Source: Bradymonadia bacterium (GTDB lineage Bacteria > Myxococcota_A > Bradymonadia > UBA7976 > UBA1532). From it: a stretch of 64,000 nucleotides of DNA. A program made the position numbers and the translations under genes. The stretch covers positions 192,001 to 256,000 of the forward strand of contig JBKAGE010000075.1 in assembly GCA_046290225.1 (NCBI GenBank), written 5' to 3'. Positions 1-9,749 of the stretch are shown piece after piece. Below the pieces are notes generated by a model. It worked only from the letters and a program-made list of their open reading frames with translations. It searched no databases and had not been told where the DNA came from. Each line of letters opens with the position of its first letter. Position 1 is the stretch's first letter.

Positions 1-815
1 ACATCGATCATGTCGGCGAGCTCGACGGTGCGCTCCAGGGCGTCGGGGTAGTCGGCGCCGAGCTGGTCCCACATGACCTCGGGGGGCTTGAGCCACAACT
101 CGTCGGTGCTCTGCCGAATGCGGCCGACCTCGGAGACCGGGCGCCCCATCTGGATGGCGATGAGCACCTCGTGGGCCCGAGCTTCGCTCTTGTCGAGGTA
201 GTGCACATTGTTGGTGGCGCACAGAGGGATGTCGAGCTGTTTGCCGATCTGGCGATAGGCGGCGTTGACTTTGTCCTGGTCCGGGAGCCCGGTGTGCTGC
301 ACCTCGAGGTGGAACATACCAGGCTCGAAGGCGTCGCGATATCGGGTGGCCAGCTCGATGGCCTGGTCGTCTTCGCCCTTGAGCACCGCCTGGGCGATCT
401 GGTTACCGAGGCAGCCGCTCAGGCCGATGAGGCCTTCTTTGTACTGGGCGATGAGGTCGAGATCGATGCGGGGCACCACGTGCATGCCGTCGAGCCACGA
501 GATGCTGCTCAACCGCACCAGGTTCATGTAGCCCTGGTGGTTCTTGGCGATGAGCACGATGTGATGGCGCTTGCGGCTGCTGCGATCAGTGTGACCCTCG
601 GCGGCGATGTAGAGCTCGCTGCCGATGATGGGCTTGATGCCGGCCTTCTTGGCTTTCTTGAAGAAGTCCACGGCCCCGAACATGTTGCCATGATCGGTCA
701 TGGCCACGGCCTTCATGCCCGCAGCCTCCACCCGAGGCATCAGCTTCTTCATGCGGATGGCGCCGTCGAGCAGGCTGTACTGAGTGTGCAGGTGAAGGTG
801 GACGAAGTCTCTCAT
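1..815 (-). CDS. dnaE: DNA polymerase III alpha subunit, 5' part (runs off the window)
   Basis: Read manually from the ATG at 815: MRDFVHLHLHTQYSLLDGAIRM...AMTDHGNMFGAVDFFKKAKKAGIKPIIGSELY, the PHP-domain N-terminus of DnaE. It is missing from the ORF track because it has no stop inside the window. Confidence 0.95.
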   Translation of the reverse strand, partial: MRDFVHLHLHTQYSLLDGAIRMKKLMPRVEAAGMKAVAMTDHGNMFGAVDFFKKAKKAGIKPIIGSELYIAAEGHTDRSSRKRHHIVLIAKNHQGYMNLVRLSSISWLDGMHVVPRIDLDLIAQYKEGLIGLSGCLGNQIAQAVLKGEDDQAIELATRYRDAFEPGMFHLEVQHTGLPDQDKVNAAYRQIGKQLDIPLCATNNVHYLDKSEARAHEVLIAIQMGRPVSEVGRIRQSTDELWLKPPEVMWDQLGADYPDALERTVELADMID

Positions 816-984
816 GGGCAACGTTTCTCGAGAGCGGGTGACGCGCTCTCGGGGCTGAACGGGTGTTCCTCAACATGTAACTGTGAGCGGCCTCACCGTC
901 AATGGTGGCGCTGGCGCGGTGATGACTGGATCACCGCGGGGCTGTCAATGGGGAGGGGAAGTGCGGAAGGAGAGGGCCGTGCGC

Positions 985-1281
985 TCAGTCTTCGATGGGG
1001 GCGTCGGACTCGTTGACCCGCTCGCGCAGCTCTTTGCCGGTCTTGAAGAAGGGGGCCTTCTTCGCCCGGACGAAGACCTCTTCGCCGGTCTTGGGGTTGC
1101 GCCCCTTGTAGGCGTTGTAGTGCCGGACCTCGAACGAGCCGAAGCCGCGGATCTCGACACGATCGCCCTCTTTGAGGGCATCGGTCATGGCGTCGAAGAT
1201 GGTGTTGACCACCGTCTCGGCCTTCTTGAGGTTGAAGCCCTCTCGCTGAGCGACGATGTCGATCAGTTCACCTTTGGTCAT
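985..1281 (-). CDS. ihfB: Integration host factor beta subunit (HU/IHF family)
   Basis: MTKGELI...DRVEIRGFGSFEVR...GRNPKTGEEV...PFFKTGKELRERVN. Confidence 0.9.
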   Translation of the reverse strand: MTKGELIDIVAQREGFNLKKAETVVNTIFDAMTDALKEGDRVEIRGFGSFEVRHYNAYKGRNPKTGEEVFVRAKKAPFFKTGKELRERVNESDAPIED

Positions 1282-1438
1282 CGACTCAATGCCCTCGTCT
1301 GTGTGTCACCGGGTGGGTGACGCTCCCATCCCCCCCTCGTTTTGAGGTGGGGGCAAAAAACGCGAATGTTGAAACAATCAGACTGGTTAGCAGGAACAAT
1401 GGGCGCTGGCAACAGCCTTGTTGTCTTCGCCTGGTGTT

Positions 1439-2746
1439 TCAGCCCAGGCGTCGCCGCCGCGGGCTCAGGCGTTCGGTCCAGGCCGCCGCCTGCCATGCGC
1501 TGAGGCACACCCCTTCGAAGCCGAGACCCGGCAGCAGCCAGCCACCTGCCCGGAGCAGGTTGCGCAGACCTGTGCGCATGGGGGCGGCGAAGAGGTTGAG
1601 AGGGTCGATGGCCTCGCCCATCCGAGGCGCCACTGGGCGATAGATCGGCGGCTCCTGGTCGAGGGCGATGGCGGGATCGATGGCGGCGGCGTCCAGGGTG
1701 GCCTCTGGAGGTCCGGCGATCTCGAGGTGATCTTGCCGTTGATGCACCAGATACAGGGGGCTGTCGTCACTGGCAGACCAGGCCATCAGAGGTCCGGCCG
1801 GGTGAGCAGAATCGATCTCTCGTCGACCTGTGTGCACAGCCTCGATCCAACTGGGTGCAAAGAGCGGCGCGCCACGCCACAGCGTGCTCAGGGTGGTGTC
1901 ATCATCGGTGAAGATCACGGTGTCGGCGCTGTATTGGGCGCCCTCTGTGGTGACGACCCCCTCGGCGCGGCGCCCCGCCTTGTCGACGAGGAGTCCGCTG
2001 ACGCGCTTCTCGGGGTTGAAGGCGCCACCACTGGACTCGAGCTTTCGGGCGAGCAAGGCGTCGAAGCCATCTCGGGCCCAGGGTGCCGTCTCCGGCGCTG
2101 GGGCCACCTGCGCGATGCCGTGGCCCAAATGCCACAGTGCCCGGGCGCCACCGGCAGTGATCGGGCCATCGCCGGTATCCTGAGGGCGCCCGGCAACGAT
2201 GAGGAGCGTCGTGAGCAGGCGCTGGAGTTCAGGGTGCTCAGTCCACTGAGGGGGCTGATCGAGCAGCTGACCGGTGGCTTGCTGGCCCAGGGCCTTGCGC
2301 CAGGCCCGCCGGGCGTTGAACGACTCTGGTGGCAGCTCAACGTCTCCGGTGAGCAGCGGATCAAGGCCCTGACCGTATCCTTCGATCCGATCGAGGATCG
2401 CGTGCACGGCAGAGGTGTCTTCTGGCCACCATGCGGCGAGCTGAGCCCGTCGATCTGCTGTATCTACGGGCAAGGTGCCTCGACGTGTGCCGAGGCTGAG
2501 GGTGAGGGGCTGCAGCGTCTCGAGCTGGGTCTTGAGGCCGTGGATCAGCCCCAATTCGTCGAGGGTGCGCCGGACGATGGCCGAGCGGGTATGGCCGAAG
2601 ATGCACGGCGGCAGCGTGCTCGGGCGCTTGCCCACGGGGAACATGAGCCTGACCCTCAGCCGACGCCGGGCGAGGAGGGTGGCGCAGACGAGGCCAGCCC
2701 GGCCTCGGCCGATGACCACGACATCATAGTGCTCGGTGAAGCCCAT
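1439..2746 (-). CDS. FAD-dependent oxidoreductase, phytoene dehydrogenase-like (divergent)
   Basis: N-terminal Rossmann motif YDVVVIGRGRAGLVCA; C-terminal TGLRNLLRAGGWLLPGLGFEG. Confidence 0.65.
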   Translation of the reverse strand: MGFTEHYDVVVIGRGRAGLVCATLLARRRLRVRLMFPVGKRPSTLPPCIFGHTRSAIVRRTLDELGLIHGLKTQLETLQPLTLSLGTRRGTLPVDTADRRAQLAAWWPEDTSAVHAILDRIEGYGQGLDPLLTGDVELPPESFNARRAWRKALGQQATGQLLDQPPQWTEHPELQRLLTTLLIVAGRPQDTGDGPITAGGARALWHLGHGIAQVAPAPETAPWARDGFDALLARKLESSGGAFNPEKRVSGLLVDKAGRRAEGVVTTEGAQYSADTVIFTDDDTTLSTLWRGAPLFAPSWIEAVHTGRREIDSAHPAGPLMAWSASDDSPLYLVHQRQDHLEIAGPPEATLDAAAIDPAIALDQEPPIYRPVAPRMGEAIDPLNLFAAPMRTGLRNLLRAGGWLLPGLGFEGVCLSAWQAAAWTERLSPRRRRLG

Positions 2747-2940
2747 GCCTCATCCCTCTGTGGACCTGGGACAGCCAGATCACGTGCGCCGCGTGGGAGC
2801 CGAACGCTACGGAAGTCTCCTGTTCAAAGCCAGCGGAATCGCCGAGCAATCGGCTTGCACAACGCCCGACGTCTCATCTCGCATCGGAGAGGGGCGGACT
2901 CTCTGGCCCATCGCAGGGCGATTGCCTATAGTGCGCCGCC

Positions 2941-3627
2941 ATGATTGTGGACGCGCTCATCCCAGCCCTCAACGAAGAGGAGAGTCTGCCCACGGTGCTC
3001 GATGGCCTGAAGGGCCGCGGCATCCGTCGGGTGGTGGTGGTGGACAATGGCAGCTCAGATCACACGTATCAGGTGATCGAGCGCCATGGCGGAGTGGCCC
3101 TCTACGAAGGTCAGCGGGGCTATGGCGCCGCGTGCCTGCGGGGGTTGCGCTGGATGGCCGCTGATCCGCCCGATGTCGTGGTGTTCCTCGATGGCGACGG
3201 GGCCGACGACCCCGATGATCTGCCTGCGCTGCTGGCCCCCATCGAAGCAGGCGAGGCGGAGATGGTCATCGGCTCGCGGGTGAGAGGCCAGGCTGAGGCC
3301 GGCGCGCTCACCCCGCAGGCCCGCTTCGGCAACACCCTCGCATGCACGCTGATCAAGTGGCTCTACGGTGTCGAGTTCACGGATCTCGGACCCTTCAGGG
3401 CCGTGACGTGGTCCGCCCTCGAGCGGATGCAGATGGCCGATGAAGACTTTGGCTGGACGGTGGAGATGCAGGTCAAGGCCCCCCGTCGGTCCATTCCCTC
3501 TGCGGAGGTGCCCGTTGATTACCGGCGGCGGGTCGCAGGCCAGAGCAAGGTGGCCGGCACCATCAAGGGATCCTTTCAGGCTGGGGTGAAGATTTTGTAC
3601 GTCATCGGCAGAGAGGTGCTGCCATGA
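2941..3627 (+). CDS. Glycosyltransferase family 2 (DPM synthase-like)
   Basis: LIPALNEE, VVVVDNGSSD, RGYGAAC, FLDGDG, VIGSR, FTDLGPFRA motifs. Confidence 0.9.
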   Translation: MIVDALIPALNEEESLPTVLDGLKGRGIRRVVVVDNGSSDHTYQVIERHGGVALYEGQRGYGAACLRGLRWMAADPPDVVVFLDGDGADDPDDLPALLAPIEAGEAEMVIGSRVRGQAEAGALTPQARFGNTLACTLIKWLYGVEFTDLGPFRAVTWSALERMQMADEDFGWTVEMQVKAPRRSIPSAEVPVDYRRRVAGQSKVAGTIKGSFQAGVKILYVIGREVLP

Positions 3628-4364
3628 GCGGCACCGAGAGATCATCCCAGGGCCACTTGATGATCTTCGCCAAGGCACCGGTCCCTGGCACGGTGAAGAC
3701 CCGCCTGGCGCAGGGCGAGCACGGCATTGGCTTCGAGTGGGCCGCCCGCCTGCACGCCGCGTGTGTGGAAGATGTGGTGGAGCGCCTCGGAGGTGCTGCC
3801 CACGCTCAGGGTCGAGGGGTCTCCATCTGGCGGGCAGGTGATCTCGAGCATCCACTCTGGGCTCGTCTTCAGCACGCTTTCCCCTTTCTTCGACTCGAAA
3901 CCCAAGGGCCCGGCGATCTGGGCGATCGACTCACCGCGGCCTTTGATGGTCTGCTCAACGCCGGGCAGGGTCCTGTGGTGGTGGTAGGCACCGACAGCCC
4001 CTCCATGCCCGCAGATCGCATTACGCAGGCCTTTGAGATCCTCGAAGGCCATTCGTGTGTGTTGGGGCCGGCTTGTGATGGGGGGTACTACCTGCTCGGC
4101 CTCGATGCCCCCTGCCCGAAATTGTTCGAGCAGGTCGCTTGGGGCACCGATGAAGTGTGTGGGCAGACCCTCGAGAGAGGGCGCGCTGCAGGGCTGGAGC
4201 CTCGACTGCTGCCGTTCTGGTACGACGTCGATCGACCTGCCGATTTGCGTTGGTTGAGGGCGCACCTGCCGATTCTGAACGCTGAGGGTCACAGCCCCGC
4301 TCGGGTGGTCGAGACCATCGAGGCCATGGTCGACGCGGGGGTGATCTCGAAGGGAGGAGTGTGA
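3624..4364 (+). CDS. DUF2064/TIGR04282-type glycosyltransferase-like protein (CofC-like fold)
   Basis: IFAKAPVPGTVKTRL, QGPGDLGDRL, VGTDSP, LGPACDGGYYLLGL, WYDVD; ATGA overlap with the upstream GT2. Confidence 0.85.
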   Translation: MSGTERSSQGHLMIFAKAPVPGTVKTRLAQGEHGIGFEWAARLHAACVEDVVERLGGAAHAQGRGVSIWRAGDLEHPLWARLQHAFPFLRLETQGPGDLGDRLTAAFDGLLNAGQGPVVVVGTDSPSMPADRITQAFEILEGHSCVLGPACDGGYYLLGLDAPCPKLFEQVAWGTDEVCGQTLERGRAAGLEPRLLPFWYDVDRPADLRWLRAHLPILNAEGHSPARVVETIEAMVDAGVISKGGV

Positions 4365-5005
4365 TGCAAGACTCCGAGCACACGCGCTCGTTTCCTGCGG
4401 GGAGCGTGCTCTTTCGAGAAGGAGACCAGAGCCGGGAGATGTACGTCATCGTCTCCGGTCGAGTGCGCATCTCCAAGCAGGTGCGCCAGGTCGACAAGGT
4501 GATCGCCACCCTGCCCGTCGGCGAGTTCTTCGGAGAGATGGCCACCCTCAACCGCCACCCTCGCAGCGCCACGGCCACCGTATTGGAAGACGCCGAGCTG
4601 CTGGTGGTGCCCCCAGAGGCCTTCGACGGGCTGATCCATCATCGCCGGGAAGTGGCGCTGAAGTTGATCCGCCGCCTCGCCGACCGCCTCGCCCAGACCA
4701 ACCGGGAGATGACCCTGCTGATGTTCCGCGACCCGCTCAGCAGGGTGGCCCACGCCTTGCGCATGCTGGGGCAGGGCGAGGGGCAGGTCTTCGACGGCAA
4801 GCTCCAAGTGCTCTATGGCATCACCGAGCTGGCAGAGAAGCTCGGGCTCGCGCACCACGAATGCGCGGAGATCCTTGCCCAGATGGCAGGGCAGGGGGTG
4901 GTGTCCGAGGCCAACGAGGCCCATGTGCTCGTCTCTGATCCCCGTCGCCTCGAGCGCCTCGTGGAGTACCTCGATCTCAAGCACGAGTTCGGAGCCCTCG
5001 GTTGA
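4361..5005 (+). CDS. Crp/Fnr family regulator (cNMP-binding domain plus HTH)
   Basis: LFREGD..MYVIVSGRVRI, GEFFGEMA...PRSATA; C-terminal ITELAEKLGL HTH. Confidence 0.85.
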   Translation: MMQDSEHTRSFPAGSVLFREGDQSREMYVIVSGRVRISKQVRQVDKVIATLPVGEFFGEMATLNRHPRSATATVLEDAELLVVPPEAFDGLIHHRREVALKLIRRLADRLAQTNREMTLLMFRDPLSRVAHALRMLGQGEGQVFDGKLQVLYGITELAEKLGLAHHECAEILAQMAGQGVVSEANEAHVLVSDPRRLERLVEYLDLKHEFGALG

Positions 5006-6216
5006 GCGATCGATACGCCGCCACGCTGCAGCGGCTCTTCAACCTGACGCGCTTTGGCGAGAAGCTCGATCTGAGCACCCCCAAGGCCCTCGCCACCATG
5101 CTCGAGCACCCGCTGTCGAAGTACCAGTCAGTGCTCATCGGGGGCACCAACGGCAAGGGCAGCACCGCGGTGATGACCGAGACGCTGCTCCGGGGCGCTG
5201 GTGTGCGCACGGGCCTTTTCACCTCGCCCCACCTCGTCCAGTTCACTGAGCGCATCCAAGTTGATGGCGCGCCCGTCGCTGAAGAGGTTCTGTGCCGCTG
5301 GGCGGATCGGGTGCTCGAACAAGCCGAAGGCCAGGGCATCAAGCCTTCGTTCTTCGAGGCTGTCTGGGCCATGGCCACGGGCATCTTCGCCGAGGCCGGC
5401 GTCGACGTGGCGGTCTGGGAGGTGGGCCTCGGCGGCCGGCTCGACGCCACGAATGTCTGTGAGCCTGTCGCCTCGGCGGTGGTGAGCGTGGGCCTGGATC
5501 ACGTGCACGTGCTCGGCGACACCCTCGAAGCCATCGCCGGTGAGAAGGTGGCCATCTTCCGTGAAGGCCGCCCAGCCATCACGGGGGCCCAGGGTGAGGC
5601 CCTGGAGGCTGTGCGCTGTCGATGGCCCGGGCCCCTCGTCGAGATCGGGCCCGAGCACGCCGAGTGGTTGCCGCCGCTGCCCCTGCCAGGTGCGCATCAA
5701 CGCATCAACGCAGCGGTGGCCATGGCGCTCGTCGACGCTGTGGGCGTCTCGCCCGACCGATCGCACCTCACCGCCGTGCGCTGGCCCGGGCGAGGGGAGC
5801 GCCTCGACGGGGTGATCCTCGACGTGGCCCACAACCCGGCCTCTGCTCGTGCCCTGGCGGCGTGGCTCGACGATGCTGAGTTGGGGCCGCTCACCGTGAT
5901 CTTCGGGGCCATGGCCGACAAAGACGTCGCCGGGGTCATCGCGCCTCTGCAGCGACACATCGGCGCGCTGCACCTCGTGACGCCTGTCTACCCACGCCGG
6001 ATGACCGCAGAGGCCCTGGCGGAGATCCCCGAGGTGGCCGCGATGCAGCCTGTGGTGGGCCCGAACACCTCTGTGGGGGCTACGCTGGACGCGCTTCGAG
6101 GCAAGGGGGCCCCGCCCCTGCTGGTCACCGGATCGTGCTTTCTGGTGGGTGAGGCCCGGGCGCATCTACTCGGGGTAGAGTTTCCAGAGCGCGGACTGAT
6201 CACAACAGCCCGTTGA
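5002..6216 (+). CDS. folC: Folylpolyglutamate/dihydrofolate synthase
   Basis: GGTNGKGST, TSPHLVQFTERI, EVGLGGRLDATN, WPGR, LDVAHNP, VTGSCFLVGE. Confidence 0.93.
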   Translation: MSDRYAATLQRLFNLTRFGEKLDLSTPKALATMLEHPLSKYQSVLIGGTNGKGSTAVMTETLLRGAGVRTGLFTSPHLVQFTERIQVDGAPVAEEVLCRWADRVLEQAEGQGIKPSFFEAVWAMATGIFAEAGVDVAVWEVGLGGRLDATNVCEPVASAVVSVGLDHVHVLGDTLEAIAGEKVAIFREGRPAITGAQGEALEAVRCRWPGPLVEIGPEHAEWLPPLPLPGAHQRINAAVAMALVDAVGVSPDRSHLTAVRWPGRGERLDGVILDVAHNPASARALAAWLDDAELGPLTVIFGAMADKDVAGVIAPLQRHIGALHLVTPVYPRRMTAEALAEIPEVAAMQPVVGPNTSVGATLDALRGKGAPPLLVTGSCFLVGEARAHLLGVEFPERGLITTAR

Positions 6217-6225
6217 GGGGATCGC

Positions 6226-7050
6226 TCAGGGCATCCACTTGTCCGGTGGCAGTTTGCCCTGTTGCAACAGGCTGGCCACGTCCATGGCGATGGCCACGAG
6301 CCAGTGCAGCAGCGCCCCGCCCCAGATCGACCGATAGCGCATGGCCATCGTGCCCAGGATGATGCCTGCCACCAGCGAGCCGAGACTCTCAGTCCAGGTC
6401 TTTTGAAAGTGCACCATGCAGTAGGGGAGCAGCATCACGAAGATGGCGCTGTGGCCCATGGCGCGCCGAAGCCCTTCGAGCATGAAGGCTCGAAAGAAGA
6501 ACTCCAGACACAGGAACTGCACCCCGTAGGCGAGCTCCCAGACCAGCAGATCCATCCACGAGCGGTTCGCGTGCGGATAGAACGGATAGATCTTCTGGTA
6601 CTCCTCCGTGAAGGAGACGATCACCACGGGGATCAGGACCAGGGTGAGCAGCACCAGATACACGCCGATGTGATCGCCGGTGCCCTTCCAGCCAAAGTAG
6701 TAATCCCGCAGGCGCTGTCGCGTCGCCTTGAGGAACATTGCGGGGATCAGCAGGTAGCCGATGACGCAGAACGCGATCCACTGCAGCAGGGCGAAGAGAT
6801 CGAAGTACTGGCTGCCCGAGCGCCTCAAATCGAGGCCGAACCACCCCATGAAGTAGGTGTAGCTACCAAAGAAGTGCATCACCACCAGACCCACGGCGGC
6901 GACGAGGATGACATTGCGCTCGAAGGTGCCGAAGGGTCGATCCCGGCTCTCGTCGATGATGCGCCAGCTCTCGGGAAACCACAAAAGCAGCTTGCGGAGG
7001 CCTGAGGGCAGCAGCGCCATCCAGCGCCCCTCGGCTCGGGGGGTGTTCAT
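6226..7050 (-). CDS. CPBP (CAAX-like, type II) intramembrane glutamic protease
   Basis: Multi-TM protein with LEFFFRAF, MVHFQK..ES and GALLHW motifs. Confidence 0.85.
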   Translation of the reverse strand: MNTPRAEGRWMALLPSGLRKLLLWFPESWRIIDESRDRPFGTFERNVILVAAVGLVVMHFFGSYTYFMGWFGLDLRRSGSQYFDLFALLQWIAFCVIGYLLIPAMFLKATRQRLRDYYFGWKGTGDHIGVYLVLLTLVLIPVVIVSFTEEYQKIYPFYPHANRSWMDLLVWELAYGVQFLCLEFFFRAFMLEGLRRAMGHSAIFVMLLPYCMVHFQKTWTESLGSLVAGIILGTMAMRYRSIWGGALLHWLVAIAMDVASLLQQGKLPPDKWMP

Positions 7051-7120
7051 GGGCTCTCTTCTCGCTCAAGGAAGGTGCAGGCGTTCATACACGATCTCGC
7101 CATGGCACTGAAGATGCCCC

Positions 7121-9049
7121 TCAGTAGAGCGCCACAGACAGCCAGAGGTCAGGCCATGGGCGGCCGCGATCATGGTTCGCCACGAGGGCGGCGGACCAGC
7201 AGTCGCAACGGCCCTGGTGGGCCAGCCTGCCTTGATGACCGAGGAAGGTCATCCCCGAGCCGTCATCGAGGGCGGTGAGGCCGGCGTCGTAGCTCAGCTG
7301 CCAGCGGCCGAAGGACAGAGAGGCCCCGGGGCTCAGCGTCCCAGGGATGCGGGCGTCGGTGAGGGTGCGCACCGGGACCCCGAGGCCCGAGGCGTAAAGG
7401 CCACCATTGGCCACGGACAATGTCCGCAGCCACGGGTGCACAGCTTCCGCGGTCTCGGTGAAGCGGATCCACGTGGCCCGCAGGTGATGGCCAGTGGCGG
7501 GCCCCAGGCGGCCCTGGGCATAGACCGCGTCGGGGCCGCTGCCCTGAGCCTGGATCTGTAGCCATGGGCCGCTGACGTCGGTGAAGAGGAGCAGGGGCTC
7601 GAAGTCAGCCACGGGATCTGCCTGCTCATAGGCCTGGATGGCGGCCAGCTGCCAACGCCATGTGCCAGCGCGCAAGGTCTGGCCGAGTTGGGCGCCCCCG
7701 CGGCGGGACTTGAGGGCGCCGAGGGCAGGCTCGGCCGACAGCGTGCGCAGCTCGGCATCACCGCCCACGAGCTCGTCGGAGAGCCGGCCGAAGGCGGTCA
7801 GGGCGAAGGTGTGGCTGCCCCACGGGAAACGCCGCCGCAGCTTCGCCGTGGTCTCGAGGGCCACGTGCCCTGTGGTACGGGAGGCGGTGTTGCCCTCTGC
7901 GGTGCCTGCGTGGGCGCTCAGCGCTCCGAAGGTGGGCCGAAACGCCAGAGGCCCCCACCAGAAGGGCAGCTCGCCGCTGATCTGAAGGTCTGCCCGGTCG
8001 ATGCGGTCTGTGTCTGCCCCTCCAGGCCGGCTCAGGCGGGCGAAGCGACCATCGAGGTTGAGGCGGACGGGCCCTGTCAACTGCATCCAGCGGGCCCAGA
8101 GCGCAGGACGCACCTGATATGTAGCGGGCTGATCGGTCAGCCGCCCTCCAGGCTGCCTCAAGTCAGTCAGATGGCTGCTTTGCACACCGATGAGGAGATC
8201 ACCCTCACCGAGCACGGCGCCGATGGTGCCATACAGGTGATCACGCTGCCGGGCGCGCCAGTCAGGGTGGCTCATGGCATACAGCGCACGGCTCGACGAG
8301 AGCACGCCTTCAGTGGTGAGGGAGAAGGGGGCCCATCGGGCGACGCCGTCGCCCTCCACCTGGACATGACCATCAGAAAGGGCCAGCAGGTCGAGCTGCC
8401 CTGAATCTTCGAACGTGCTCGCCCACCGCAGGCGAGTGCCGAGGCTGGGACCCAAGTCTCCACGCCAGCCGGGGCTCAAGGTGACGTCGGCGCCTTCACC
8501 CAAGGTGAAGAAGATCGGCATCGAGCCATAGGCGCCCTCCTCGGCGTCGTAACCCAAGCGCGGCAGCAGAAAACCGCTTTGGCGATCGCTGAAGGGCAAA
8601 TACCAACGTGGCGCCGTCGCCACGGGCACCGGCCCTGCCCAGAGCACGGGCCAGCTCAGCCACGCGCCTTGGGCGAGATCGACGTCGGCGGTACTGGCGG
8701 TGAGTCGCCAGGGCGGGTGAGCGCAGGCGCAGCGCGTGGCCGTGACGCCCGTCGCTCGAACCTGGGCCCCCTCCAGAGTGAGGGTCTCGGTGTGGAGCGT
8801 GCCTTGGGGGCTGCGCCACGAGAGCGCTGTGCCCTGAGCCTTGCCGTCGGGGAGGCACAGCTCCAGCCGGTTGCCCTGAAGCGTGCCTCCAGATCCACGC
8901 ATCGTGGGTCGCTGGAGCACCACGTCGCCTTGAGGGCAGCGCGCGCTCAGCTCGATCTCCACCTGATCTGCGGAGATGTCGTAGACCGCATCCTGGCCAG
9001 GCAGGGCGTCAGTATGAGGTGCCCAGAGGGCGATGAGCAGGAGGAGCAC
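7121..9049 (-). CDS. LptD-like outer-membrane (LPS assembly) protein
   Basis: Signal peptide; ATRCACAHPPWRLTA; YLPFSDRQSGFLLPRLGY; C-terminal CDCWS and terminal aromatic residue. Divergent. Confidence 0.7.
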   Translation of the reverse strand: MLLLLIALWAPHTDALPGQDAVYDISADQVEIELSARCPQGDVVLQRPTMRGSGGTLQGNRLELCLPDGKAQGTALSWRSPQGTLHTETLTLEGAQVRATGVTATRCACAHPPWRLTASTADVDLAQGAWLSWPVLWAGPVPVATAPRWYLPFSDRQSGFLLPRLGYDAEEGAYGSMPIFFTLGEGADVTLSPGWRGDLGPSLGTRLRWASTFEDSGQLDLLALSDGHVQVEGDGVARWAPFSLTTEGVLSSSRALYAMSHPDWRARQRDHLYGTIGAVLGEGDLLIGVQSSHLTDLRQPGGRLTDQPATYQVRPALWARWMQLTGPVRLNLDGRFARLSRPGGADTDRIDRADLQISGELPFWWGPLAFRPTFGALSAHAGTAEGNTASRTTGHVALETTAKLRRRFPWGSHTFALTAFGRLSDELVGGDAELRTLSAEPALGALKSRRGGAQLGQTLRAGTWRWQLAAIQAYEQADPVADFEPLLLFTDVSGPWLQIQAQGSGPDAVYAQGRLGPATGHHLRATWIRFTETAEAVHPWLRTLSVANGGLYASGLGVPVRTLTDARIPGTLSPGASLSFGRWQLSYDAGLTALDDGSGMTFLGHQGRLAHQGRCDCWSAALVANHDRGRPWPDLWLSVALY

Positions 9050-9064
9050 TGGGGCCCGATGGGT

Positions 9065-9622
9065 TCAAGGTGTGGCAGGTTGAGGGGTGCGCAGGGTGGT
9101 GGATTCGCCGCCGAGGAGCGCCGGGGGGCGGAAGTCGAGGAACAGGTAGTTGCCCTGCTGACGCATGTCATAGGGTCCGGGAGTACGCAGCTTGATGGTC
9201 ACCCGCGTGGTGCGTCGGCTGACTTGTCGGGCCTTCACTGAGAGCACCGAAGTGGGAAAGGCCGAGGTGTCCAGGGAGCGACCGTCGTTTCGGCTCTGTA
9301 GGCGGCTGTTCTCCAGGTCGACGATGACCTCGTCCCGAGCCCCAGGCGCCAGGGTGTACTGGCTGGGCTGGTTGGTCTGGATGAAAACCCGGCCCTGATC
9401 GCCCTCCATGCGAAAACCCACCCAGGTCACCAGCGTGGTGCGTCGGGTGGTGCGGTTGGTCTTGCCGTAGACCGTATCCGTCACGCCAGGGTTGATGCCG
9501 CGGTAGGGCTTGCGCACCTTCTTCTGAGCGATGGCGTCAGCGCTGAAGAGGCACACCAGAGCGAGGGCCAGGAGGCCACCTCGGGTGAACATGGGCTGCG
9601 ACCTTCCGAAATGCGCGCTCAT
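9065..9622 (-). CDS. AMIN-domain periplasmic protein
   Basis: Signal peptide (FSADAIA); RVFIQT...EVIVDLENSRL...LDTSAFPTSV...TRVTIKLR pattern. The start may be at 9592. Confidence 0.7.
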   Translation of the reverse strand: MSAHFGRSQPMFTRGGLLALALVCLFSADAIAQKKVRKPYRGINPGVTDTVYGKTNRTTRRTTLVTWVGFRMEGDQGRVFIQTNQPSQYTLAPGARDEVIVDLENSRLQSRNDGRSLDTSAFPTSVLSVKARQVSRRTTRVTIKLRTPGPYDMRQQGNYLFLDFRPPALLGGESTTLRTPQPATP

Positions 9623-9749
9623 CTGTTACCAGCCCTTTCTTCGGGTGTCGGACCGGCGGCGAGGCGCCGATCACCTGCTCACTCCACCGCATGGTGGATT
9701 CTCGCCGAATATCACAGACCTGCGTAACCTGTCGAGGGAGAGGACGCCG

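Noticed and set aside
171..2944. Plus-strand ORFs 171..1016 and 1418..2944
   Set aside because: Shadows of dnaE and the FAD oxidoreductase on the minus strand.
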